Notes under the pieces: model-generated | Seen by the model: the letters and a program-made list of their open reading frames with translations, nothing else | Database searches by the model: none | What the model was told of the DNA's origin: nothing | Shown: in pieces, positions 14,201 through 26,200 of the stretch | Numbering within the stretch: position 1 is the stretch's first letter | Layout: the number at the start of each line of letters is the position of its first letter | Origin: Trichoplax adhaerens | Taxonomy: Eukaryota > Animalia > Placozoa | Assembly: GCF_000150275.1 (NCBI RefSeq) | Contig: NW_002060949.1 | Location: 542,786 to 606,785, forward strand | Direction of reading: 5' to 3' | Length of the DNA stretch: 64,000 nucleotides | Made by a program: the position numbers and the translations under genes

Positions 14201-15722
14201 CTATTATTGGTTCATATAATCCTAAGTTAATTTGACTATAAGTACTGTAAGTTAGATTAGTAACTGCCAAGAGAAATACGATCTGTTTCACATATATATA
14301 TATATACATAATAAACCAATAATAACATTATTTTTTCGTTATCGTAAAATGTTGTACCGACTCAGCATGATGGCTTGGTGTACTGTTAGCAATTAACATA
14401 TTGACATTTAATATCAAAAGGCTAATTGTAGTCACAATCGCATGGATTATCATTGTCAGGCGAGTTAGTCTGCTAGATAAAATTACAGTATGATCTGCAT
14501 GACAATACAGTTGGTACAGTAACAAGATTATTTTAATGTAGAAATACTAAAATAATAGCACAGCACATAAGGTACTTATGGCTAGAAAATAATCTAGTAT
14601 TGAATATTTAGTACGTATCTTGCAGAAAATATGTCAAGAAGTACCAGTAGAAGCAGCAGTAATTTAGTACTCAAACTCAATTAGTAATAATTATTAACGT
14701 GTAGTTTACAGCAAGATCTTAATAAGGATAGAAATGTAGATAATATGCGTATACAGTACGCTAGACAGCAGTACAGTAATGTACATCACGCATTGAACTC
14801 AATACAATCACAAAGGATGCGAATTCTCTAGCCCTTGTAATTTAAAATCTATCATTCCCTGTAGCCAATAATGTCAAGTATTATATAGTACACACATGGC
14901 CTTAAGAGAGTAAAATTTGTCAAGATATGAGTAAGACAGCCCAATAAATTGAACTGAAAAATGCTCTCAATTTTCTAACGGACTCACGTAGTATATCCTT
15001 ACACACAAATATCAGTAAGTAAAATAATTATATAATTGGTCAAAAACAAGTCTTGTCGATTACAATTAAGACTGAAGTGACGACTTCTAATATTGAGATA
15101 TCTAACTACAAGTATTAAAACAAAATAATCTATGACTTAATATATAGAACCTTAAGTCTAGCGATAATGTTATGCAGTTAAGGTTTATCAATGGCGTAGT
15201 TTATTATACGAGTATGATACCATTAGAGGAGCAATGAAATGATAAGCTTGCATACAACTTTATGAAACAATAATGTTATATTTGAAGAATGTGCTATGCA
15301 ATTCTAATTTAAACAAGCAACACATAGTATCTTACTAAGTTGCTTTGCCTAGTTGGAATTATTGTTATTAGACTTAAGCAGTAGATAACTAGGATAAGTC
15401 AGTATAAGCATGTACACAGTACGTTTATGTTATATTAGGGACGATTAAATACTTTATGTAGTGTATATGCTTATGACTGCACAGTAGAGTACTGTGATGA
15501 ATACACGTACGTATCCAGTATGTTAACTTAATAACATATACCCACAGTACAAGCATAGAGTTGGTAAGAATATCAATAGAAGTAAGGTTCTTGTCAAATA
15601 ATATTGAATGAAATAATAAAATTTAACTTACAGTCTATTAATGTTGACGGTCCAATTAATGTATTAGCAAGTGCCTTTGAAGAACTTTGATAGGAACTAG
15701 CCGGGGCATTATAATCCGCCAT
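5269..15722 (-). CDS. NIPBL: Nipped-B-like protein (Scc2, cohesin loader), multi-exon
   Basis: First coding exon 15722-15632 (MADYNAP...TLIGPSTLID) splices to LPSKLPVPQP, resembling the NIPBL N-terminus TTLAGIASLTDL-LNQLPLPSP. The HEAT core includes FENFIQDLLITVDKPEWPSSELLL and ALRARALKCL..DTSVSVREAAVEL..ERILDTGISVRKRVIK. The C-terminal YSPSDNAKV follows, and the last exon ends KQISLDL-TAA at 5271-5269. Confidence 0.96.
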
Positions 15723-15732
15723 TGCCCTTCAT
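15709..15732 (-). promoter_or_regulatory. Out-of-frame uORF (MKGNGGL*) overlapping the NIPBL start codon
   Basis: ATG AAG GGC AAT GGC GGA TTA TAA; the main ATG (15722-15720) lies inside it in another frame. Confidence 0.6.
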
Positions 15733-16344
15733 AAATGAGAAGATCCTGTCTTTTTAAAATTTCGTGTTCTCACGAATATTAGCTAGGTTCTGAACGTCAA
15801 TTTATGACTAGATGCAGTTGATGTCTCTCTGCAATAAAGAGTATATGCAATAAATGAAGATTACTTTTTAGAAATACACAGTGCTCGACATAAACATTGT
15901 ACAGAATTATGACAAACAGAACATGATAAATCAGTGAATTCAGTGGAGCACACTGTTATGGCTTGAGTAACGCATAGTTTACAATGCACTTAATGAGTTT
16001 GTACAATATGTATATTAATTTAGGCTGTATCAGTATAGTTCTAACTGCATATTTATAAACGAATACATCCTAAAATATTACTAGTATAACTTTGACTTCA
16101 AATGCAGGTCTAATTTTGGGAATTCAAGAGCAAAATCATTCATATTACCTGTATCCTATTCTAATTAGCTGAGCAAGAAAATCTCTGAAAAAATTCATTC
16201 AAGCAATGCAGATACAGTCATACGGAGCGATACGTGTTACCACCGTACGTGTCGTAACGAGTGACTTCATTCACCAGACGTTCGTAACTCGTACGCTATT
16301 TCAATTCAATTTTCAAAATTTTGAAAAAGATTCGTTTGTTTCGG

Positions 16345-17460
16345 TATACAGTACTGTACACTATACAGGACAGTACCGTCTTGTGTACAAAAGGTGTCCA
16401 CTGGTTGGCAACACTATATACAGTGTGCGGTATACAGTACAGGATTGAATACAGCACTGTACCATACTGCACAAAATCAACTTTGCAGCTAGTGTAATTT
16501 GATGTCAATCGCGGAAAGTATAGTGTACTGTTTACAGACATGCAGAACACTTGAAATGACCGGTGAAATAATCAGCCTGGACATCATACAGTACTGTACT
16601 GTAATTAGTACAGTACAGTATAGTGAAAAACCGCTTGCTGTCCCGCCTCTTTCTTTTTACTAGTCGCCGAGGTATGGTATTGTACACTGTACAGTATACA
16701 GTGTCTATTTTGGATTTTTTCCAATTTTGGGGTCACATTGGGAGTTGGAAAAGTGACGTTTCATAGACCTCGACAGTACTGTATACTGCACACTAGTACA
16801 GTACTGTACAGTACTACATGTACTGTACAATACGTGTGACTACGGATGCATTGCCCAGTTTTAGTACTGTACTGTAGTTCGGATAATGACAGTACTGTAC
16901 AGTACGAAATTGGAGTGTACTGTACAGCAATGTTGTGCAATGCAGTGAAAAGGCAACCACAACCTGCTAAAACCCGATCCAATTGTTGATTTTCTAACGC
17001 GAAACGAGTGCAATCGCAAGCACTGTATGATGTCTGTATCACCACTGAGATTCTTAAGCCGAATCCCGCCCTCGAGTCGGTTTAAGCTTGACTTTGCACA
17101 TCCCTACAGTGTACACTGTACAGTACACTAGAAAGTTACAGTACTGTACAATACTGTACACTGTAAATGTAATTTTAATTTATTTTACAGTACTGCACTG
17201 TACAGTACTATACAGAAGTCAATGACCAGCTCACAGTACAGTACAATAGCAGTATTGGTGAATGCAGTCGTAGTTATACTGTCCTGTAAAACACCATTTA
17301 CACTGTTAAAATAGTAATTCCGTTTCCGTACCGTTGCGTAAAATACAGTACTGTACAGTACAGTTTCATCTACAGTAGTGTACTGTAGCTATCGTCACGA
17401 CAGTACAGGGTACATTGTACAGTACACAGTGTACACTGTACAGTACACAGTACTGTGGAT
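16345..17460. promoter_or_regulatory. TACAGTA/TACTGTA island A; divergent promoter of NIPBL and HMGCS
   Basis: Dense CAGTA/TACTG words and palindromes (TACAGTACTGTA; TACAGTGTACACTGTA at 17105-17120) between two head-to-head genes. Confidence 0.8.
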
Positions 17461-17553
17461 CATAGCTCAACCAGCTATTGTACTGAATCTACTCGTGCTC
17501 TTTACTCTTTTATTAGGTGCACGACGTCCAGTACGGTGCTTCTACCTTCTTTT

Positions 17554-17827
17554 GTGGTGTGACCCACCTTGTGACCTTTACAAGCAGCGATTTTGCTTTT
17601 AAGACAGGGTGGGCTGATTCGCCTGAAATCCATTTGCACAGCTGCATGCTTGAAGAAGCTGAAGGTAAAAGCTACTGGCGGTAGGTACCCCCAAAATGGT
17701 ATATTACTGCATATAGGTAGTATTGCATAGGCTAATTGTAAGCAGGCACTGTTTCAAATTGCTTTGCATTTTCTTCTACTGTAAATTGCAAGTTTATTTT
17801 ATTGATTCATTTCCGATATGGCGTGAC
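17554..17827. promoter_or_regulatory. Three sterol-regulatory-element-like sites near the HMGCS 5' end
   Basis: Reverse complements are GTCACACCAC (17554-17563), ATCAGCCCAC (17609-17618) and GTCACGCCAT (17818-17827). The SREBP consensus is RTCACSCCAY, so one is exact and two have one mismatch. Confidence 0.5.
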
Positions 17828-17884
17828 CTCAACTTATCCGATATTATCTGTCGAAAATTGTGATTAGATAAAAGCACAAGGAAG

Positions 17885-20800
17885 ATGGCAAATAATGGCA
17901 ATATTGGGCGGCCTCAAAATGTCGGTATAGTAGCGATAGAGGTATATTTTCCAAATTATTATGTCAATCAGGCAGAGTTGGAAGCACATGATGGCGTTGC
18001 TGCTGGCAAATATACCATTGGATTGGGCTTAAATAATATGGGCTTTTGTAGCGATCGTGAAGATATCAATTCCCTTTCTTTGACGGTCATGCAAAGATTA
18101 ATGGAACGAAATAATCTATCGTACGATCAGATTGGACGATTAGAAGTCGGTACTGAGACCATTGTTGATAAGTCCAAGTCGACAAAAACGGTCTTGATGC
18201 AACTCTTTAAAGATAGTGGTAATAGTGAAGTAGAGGGAATCGATACAACGAATGCATGCTATGGCGGAACCAACGCCTTGTTCAACTCAATCAATTGGGT
18301 TGAAAGTAACTCTTGGGACGGTATGTTGATCAATACTCAATAGTCATGACTCGATAACCATTTACATTTTTAAAAATATCATTTTTGAAGGAGTTTGTTT
18401 TTTGTGCGTGTGCTACACTCCAAGTTTATGGACAGGATCTATTTCCTTTTCTCACCTTTTCTACTTCATAGTCCTCGCGATCGTACAAGCACATCTCCAT
18501 CGATTTTACCCACATTGCCAAATAAACTAAAATTGATATAATTAGCCATATTGCAATTTTAGTTACGGCAATAGATCGTTTTGTCGTTCAAGGGAAAAAC
18601 TACAATACCAAGCAGTAACGTAGACGTCAGCAATTGAATATTTAATGCACAGTTTGCGCACACTGGATGAGTGTTAGATCGATGCCAGAATTTTTCCATT
18701 TGGTATTTCTATTGCAAATTATAATTTTAAACATATCAGGAATGTAGCTGTTATTGATTTATAGTTATAACATTGGAAGAAGACGCACAATATAGGCCAC
18801 ATTGTTACACTTTACATTTTTGTTACATTTTTTTTTCCAAGGTAGATACAGTATATACTGTACTTCTAGCCTACAGGGCCATGAAGGACTAAATCACATG
18901 ATAATCTAGTTTAGTAATCCATGCCAGGACTAAGGGGTACTTGGCCACTTCACGTTTGAGACATCATTTAATAACTCGCAGGAAAGGAATGGAGTACCAG
19001 TTCGTAGTTCTTACAAATTTAACGGATAGTACGCATAGAAATTACATTGCACTGTACATTTATTTCAAATTACTAATTTATTTACTGTCAATAATAAATC
19101 TGTTGGGATAAAATTTATACAGTATTGCCCTAATAGGGCATTGTTTAAAGTCAGCTTTAATTTAATGCACGCTACTGTACAATACTTTACAATTTGGAGT
19201 AGTGGCACAAAGGCAGATCTCCTTATGCATCCTCATGTTGCAAATGATTACTGCTAAAAGGTTGAAGATTAGCATGCAATGTGTAACTCACCATTCGAAC
19301 AGCTCTCGCTTTGTTGTTTCCCAATCGTTCAAGCCCGATGAAAGAAAAATAAATAAAAAATATTTATATAGTGCATACATACTAGCTAATTATGTTCTAT
19401 ACATATAAAGTAGCATGTAATTATAACGAAAAACTTTGAAAAGAATTTTTTTCTGCAATGACACAACAAGAGAGCAGAGCGTTAAGTTTCTTTAATTACA
19501 ATTTACATATGAGTATAGCAAACTTCTCATATTACATCATACATATACTACAAAACAATATATTGCACATGGTAAACCATCGTACACGTATTCGTATTCA
19601 TAAAATTTTATACCGTGTAAGATTGAAACAATTTGCTCATTGATTGTTATCAGTTATTAACCCATCGAACAGTAGCGATATAGTCATTAAGCAGTCATGC
19701 ATTGTTGTAACGATTAATATTGATGATGTCCGCGTAATAGTTTTGGATACTGAATGTCATATTGCTTGAAAATCCAGAAATGATAAGCAATCTACTGTAA
19801 CTTACAGTACCCTATCTTTCAATCTATTTAAACCATCTGATTCAATATTGTCGCCAGAGGATGTCTTCATACGTAATTCTACATCACAGCAATGACACAC
19901 CTAGGTGTGCTGTTGTCATGTCAACTATTCTTAATTAGTTTATATAAGAAATTAATCCAGTACTAAACGGTTTTAATCAATAATAATAAAACCTATATAT
20001 ACAGTACAGCTGATGTTCCGCAATATAAAAAACGTATACGCGTGTAACACATTTAATGCATAAAGTTAAAAAATTCAATTTTTGATCATTGATACAGTAT
20101 ACTGCTTGTTTTTACTTTATATAGGGCGTTATGCTGTAGTTGTATGTGGCGATATTGCGATATACTCGGTCGGCAGTGCTCGTTGTACAGGCGGTGCCGG
20201 TGCCTGCGCGATGTTGATAGGACCCGATGCCCCAGTTGTAATGGAAAGTAGTAAGTACTTTTAGTTAAGTATATTCTTCAAGCGTATTCATTCTATAAAT
20301 TATACACCGTAATATAAATATGTAATGACTATCACTGATGTACGCGTTCAAAATGCCCCTGCTCAATGTTAGTAATATATTGTGTGTTCATAAATAATCA
20401 TTAAAAGTTACTGTTGTTATTGCTATGTCAAAATATGCTCTCTAAATAATATCGTTTTCTTATATTTACGCAACTGAAAGGATTAAGAGGTTCTCACATG
20501 CAGCATGTTTATGATTTCTACAAGCCAAATATGACTTCGGAATATCCAACTGTCGATGGTAAACTATCCCTAACTTGCTACACAACATCGGTAGATAAGT
20601 GCTATCAACGTTATAAGGATAAAGCTGCTACAATACTGAATAAAAAGTAAGCAAGATACACTAATTACTTTGTTACATTACTTATTAAATATTGATGCAG
20701 AAATACTCATATATTATTATACTAAGTGATTACTGTTCCCTTCATATTCTTACAGGATAACGTTAGATACGTTTGATAAGTTTTGTTTTCATTCACCCTT

Positions 20801-21792
20801 CTGTAAACTGGTTCAGAAGTCCGTCGGTAGGATAACTCTTAATGATTTCTTGATTGATCCTGAAAGATACATCGCAGAATTTCCTGAATTACAGAACCTG
20901 AGGTTAACATATCATTGTTTAGCCCTGTAGTAATGGTTTTTAATCCATTATTTAAAGCATAAAATAAAATAGCAATCTATCTTTTGTACGTAGGGATGTC
21001 AAAATAGACGAAACTTATACTGATAAAAACATTGAAAAAACTTTCGTAACAGTTAGCAACAATTCTTTCAAGCAAAAAACTAAAGGATCTTTACTTTTAG
21101 CTGGCGAAGTCGGAAATATGTATACAGCATCACTTTATGGTGGATTGGCATCGCTTTTTGCTATGTAAGTGTGATAATTGATAATAAAAACTATTATTGG
21201 AGTCCCTTCTTGAAGTCATTGCTAGTCATTAAACTCATAAAGTAGAATAGTCAAAATAAAAATTGAATCATCTCTTTATTCGAAAAAGCTAATAGCTAAG
21301 GAAAGATTTTAATTATCAAATTTTGTAATATAAAACCTAGCTCCTCTGCCGAAACATTAGCTGGTAAACGCATAGGAATGTTCTCTTATGGGTCTGGTTC
21401 TGCAGCGACTTTATACTCATTTCGTGTAGTCGATGACGCTACAAACTCTAAGCTTATAAATATCATAAACAATGCTGCTGATATCCCTGCGAGACTTGAA
21501 TCACGCAAGAAGGTACTCGCAATTAATAAAATTATTGTTACATTTTTGCTTTGAATCGTGTGTAATTCTATTTTTAATTTTTATCAATAACTACATGGTA
21601 TATTGATAGGTATCACCTGACGATTTCGTCAAGACTCTAGCTATTCGCGAGGACAATCATTCGTCGAACAATTATTCACCTGTTGGTAGTACAGAGGACT
21701 TGTGTCCAGGCACTTATTACCTCGCTCACGTAGATGATATGTATAGGAGGAGGTATGAAAGAAAACCATTGCAAAACAGCAATGGAATTTAG
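17885..21792 (+). CDS. HMGCS1: Hydroxymethylglutaryl-CoA synthase, cytosolic type, 7 coding exons
   Basis: [30 protein letters not shown] (catalytic Glu), TTNACYGGT (catalytic Cys), FHSPFCKLV (catalytic His), [16 protein letters not shown] and [15 protein letters not shown]. Stop TAG at 21790-21792. No mitochondrial presequence. Confidence 0.97.
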
Positions 21793-23283
21793 TATATGCA
21801 AATTTAAGCAGTTAGAGTACTGATCTACTCTGAAGTGTCGTAGCTATTTTCTTTACGTAGTCTTGAAGGAATTTATTAATTACTATTGACTGAAATGACA
21901 ATGTTCCTATCGCTATTAATCGTCGTACGGTCATTTTTAACAGTAAAAGAAATGGGAACACCGGTTTGTAGTATTTAATGCCTGTTTGTGACTTTTTCAC
22001 TTTTTAACTCGATTTTGGTCTTAATTTTATATCACTTTCCGTATAATTTTATAGGACTAGGCATAGAGAATTACGCGTATATTTGCTTGGTCATATTAAA
22101 TGCAGTTTATTAACGTATTCTTTGATTTTCTCATTTTTATGCACTCTTTATGCACGCTTATTGATTGTATCATTCTTAATTGCTTAGTATTTTATTACAT
22201 TTACAGTTTAGGCAGGTTTCCTTAAATATGTAATAGCTACTTTGGATTGTTAAGTGAATGCAGCTACTATATTCGCACTAGACATATAATTTAGGCCTTT
22301 TATTGTATTAGCAATAAAGCTCTGACTGATTTACTCTTGAATTCTAAATGTCCATTTTGTGTATCAGTCGCGACAATAACTATAAATATTTACAATTCCT
22401 TTAATTATCATCATTGTATATATATGTTACATATGATGTAAGTACAGGAAACCGAAACGTATCATTAATTAATTGAAATATTGAATCAAAAAATTTGAAG
22501 ACTGCTATCTACATTTATCGCTGAATTTTATACTCCTACACTTCGTTTTAGAAACGTGTTGTACGCGTAGTTTGCGCATCGATACAGTTACAGAACTAAC
22601 ACTATCAGATGACCGACCCCTTGAGAATTGATGTAGAACAAGGTAACAAACCTCAAAAAAGGTAGCTTACAATATGTGCGTCTGTGCTTGTGTAGAGTAC
22701 TTTACGTACGTAGACGGATAGTTCATGAAACATCCATGTAATCCATAAACCGAATTAACAACGTAGAAGCCATTGAATTAAACAAAATCTGGCGTGTCAT
22801 AAAAAATTATATAAAATAAAATAATTATCGTGACACAGTAAAGAAAAAACATTAATTTAGAAAAAGTAATCGGGAACATTGCACAGTACCATACGACCCA
22901 TAAGTACCGTCATGGACTACAACAAAAAAAGACTTTTAGTCTATCTTTAGTAGTTCGTAGTACCGTACAAACAGTACGAGGATCAGATATAGGCGTACCT
23001 ATCTACTGGCACTTGCGCGTATGAAGTGCACTTATATCGAATCTTCTGAATTTTTAAGCTTTTTCACTACCGCAGCAAAGTGTAAATGATTACGGATGAA
23101 AGTCATAGGCAATAGAGCCAAAATTGGAACTTAAATAAAAAATTTGACATATTTTATAGATATTGTACACTATTATATAATGTACATTTGTACAGTATGT
23201 GGCATGAAGGTAGTTCGTATCAACTAGATGTTGCTAAAACTCGATACGACTATTTATCTCGACATCAGTGATCTCAGGATTAA

Positions 23284-26200
23284 TTAATTTTCTTTGGTCT
23301 CCATACTGGCTCCACAGTCAAATATCATTCTAATGCCAGATAAGATATTTTCTCTTCGTTGATCATCAATACAGCTCATTTTTGACCTTAACGATGAAAT
23401 CATCTAGACGAAAATAAAACACAGCAGACGAGTCTTTCATAATCTTGTAAAATGCGAAGTACTGATAAACCCTAGCTACTATTACGTATGGAAAGTTACC
23501 TTGTCAAGGATTAACTCATTTTCATTTTTGCAGCTTCGCTGAAGTAAATCAATGACGCTTAAAGAAATTTTTGTACAATGAAAAACACGTTACCAACTGA
23601 TTTTCATCAGAGTGTGAAAATATTGACTAAATAAAATATAGCACAGGTTTATCAGAATACATACCAACGATTATCCTTATACTTTACAATCAGGTCTTCA
23701 ATGATTTGAACGTAATCGTTCTCCTCAAAGTCATTCATAGGTAGGTTGAATTGATAAGGTATTTCTGTAACAAATGGTAAATAAAAAGTGACATGAAGTA
23801 ATTTTTAAAGTCATAACAATTAATCATCAATTGTTTACAATATCTTAACTACCTAGCACCTTACATTAACTTATTATTAATTTCTATGTCTCCAAGAATG
23901 ACAGTATTAATGTATCGATAGTAAACAGTTACCAAAGTCATGCAGCTTCAAGTTCTGATTATTAACAATAACTAATAATTGATCGTTGCACACTATCTCA
24001 AGCTGCCATTATCATTAAACTTTACTCCTCACAGCTAGAACTTACTAAGATTATCCGTTTTATCCATTTTATCTCCAATCATTAAACATGTAATACTGGA
24101 TTCGTGTGTTACAAGTTGTCTATAGTATGGACTAATAATAACTCCAACGAAGGGAGCTCCACCCTGAGCAAACCAGTCCTAAATAATTTCGTATTACGAC
24201 ATTAATTATGCATAAAATTTAGTGCAATACTAAAATTGAATGAATTATATAATTATTGAGAGCAAACCTGATATTTTGACTGCGTTTCAATATCTCTTAT
24301 GGAAGGAATAGGAGAAAAATACGGATGTGAATGATACCAACCAACTACAGAGTATCCACGGTTGCATAGTTCGGTAAAGGCTTCCGTCTGTGAAACTATC
24401 AAGGCACACAATGTGAAATATTGAAAATGAAAGTGCGTAACAAATACTAATGCAATACTTACCAGAGTCCATTTCACACTGCACCTCCGTACTTAAGCTT
24501 TCACAAGGCTCGGCTCTCAGTATCTGAATTCGCAAGAATTTTTTATATTAAATGACCTTATTGTGTATTAGATGTATGGTGTTATAGAGCTTCTCACCTT
24601 TAGCTCTTTTTGTTCGCAACTATATCTTCCCCCCAATAATCCAATTACTTCTGTCCCACAGAGATGAGAATGCTACCGCAGAAAAAGCAATTAATGGCGT
24701 TTTAAGTCTGATGTCAAAACAACTGATTAAATAGGTATTTTGCAATAAAATGACTATCCGATGTGCCGGTAGCCTTACCACTTCCATGACAAGTAAAGCA
24801 TCAATGCTGATAGAAACTTGGAAAGGCTAAATTTTAAGTAAAAAGTGTAAAATTATACCAAGACTCAATTGACATGACTGTCAATGATAAAGAGTCAGAT
24901 GATGATTACCTCGCTACCGCTATCAAATTTTCGACATGGAATTAAATTAAATGGATTGTAGCTACGAAAAAACTGGCTAGTTAGATCATACTCCAGAAAA
25001 ATACATGCATCTTATACTTCATGTTATGCAAAATACTGTATTAATAAAAATTTCGAGTATAGTACTACAAAAATTTTGCTAGTTTACCTCTGATATGATG
25101 TGGATCGCCTAGATTTAATCCTACTATAAAATATTAACAAAAATATAAATCTGCAGCCATTAATTTTGAATTCACAGAAACCTAAATGTTCGCAAATACT
25201 TAACACTACTTTGAAGAAATACCTTGCTCCACCTTCAGTTTCAGCTTCACTCGAATCTTTTGAAATCTGAAAAAAATTTTCAAGAAATTTACATATAGCA
25301 GAATTAGCACAATTAAATAATCTACTAGCGATCTACCTCATAGTCTGGCATCACTGAATGTTGATCGTTATTTACACATTTCCCCGCAGACCTTTTTCTA
25401 AGTCTCTATTATAATATTACATAACGGTATATAGAAGCATTATCTTACAGAAATAAACCAAAATAAGGTTTATGGATTATCCTTACATTGATGTCAAATG
25501 AAGCCAGACTATCACTATTCTCTAAAGTTTTAACATCTTTATCTGGAGAAAAAGAAAAGTAGTCTATTATACAGATTCAAGTAAATTCCATGAATGAAGA
25601 AAGTTACTGTACTTACCTTCTAAATTAACTAATTGGCATCCGCTTCTTATATTATTTCTGCGCCGAGCTTCTATCGGAAGGAGAGCAGGTATATGTATAT
25701 TGTTATGCGTATACAAAACGGTATCCAGTCATGAATATAGAAACCCTCAGCAGGTCAAAGCATTTCTAGGGAAGGTTTTTATTTTAGTTTATATTTATCC
25801 TACCTATTCCCACGTTGATTGCTCCAATTTGTTCTAAGAAACAGTGAACACGACCGATAGCATTTACATCCCCACAATTGCGTAAACCAACACGTAGAGA
25901 TGTCTTATTTAAGTAACTAGGTTGGCATTTATCCCTAAATAATTTATGCGTAACATATTTATGTTTACGTCTAAATTACTTGAAATAATTTACGTTAATT
26001 TACAGTGTTCACAAATAGAACTCCTACTTAGATCAGCATCTATCGCAATCATACTAATCATGTGAGCTTATAAGATCACTACATATATTCTATCGCAAAT
26101 GGGTCTTACCACGCATCCAAAATATAATTTCTAATTTTTTGGTATCTTTCTGGAGTTTTTGAAGATCTGCCTAAGAAAAATTCTCTGTTCACAATTTTCT

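Noticed and set aside
16345-17460. Islands as a CRISPR array or MITE family
   Set aside because: The context is eukaryotic, and I see no constant repeat/spacer lengths, shared terminal inverted repeats or target-site duplications.
16206-17602. Short Y/S/T/V/Q/C-rich ORFs here and at 30356-31015, 38209-38440 and 57662-57892
   Set aside because: They are translations of the TACAGTA island words (YSTV, TVQY), which rarely produce stops; they occur on both strands and show no protein signature.
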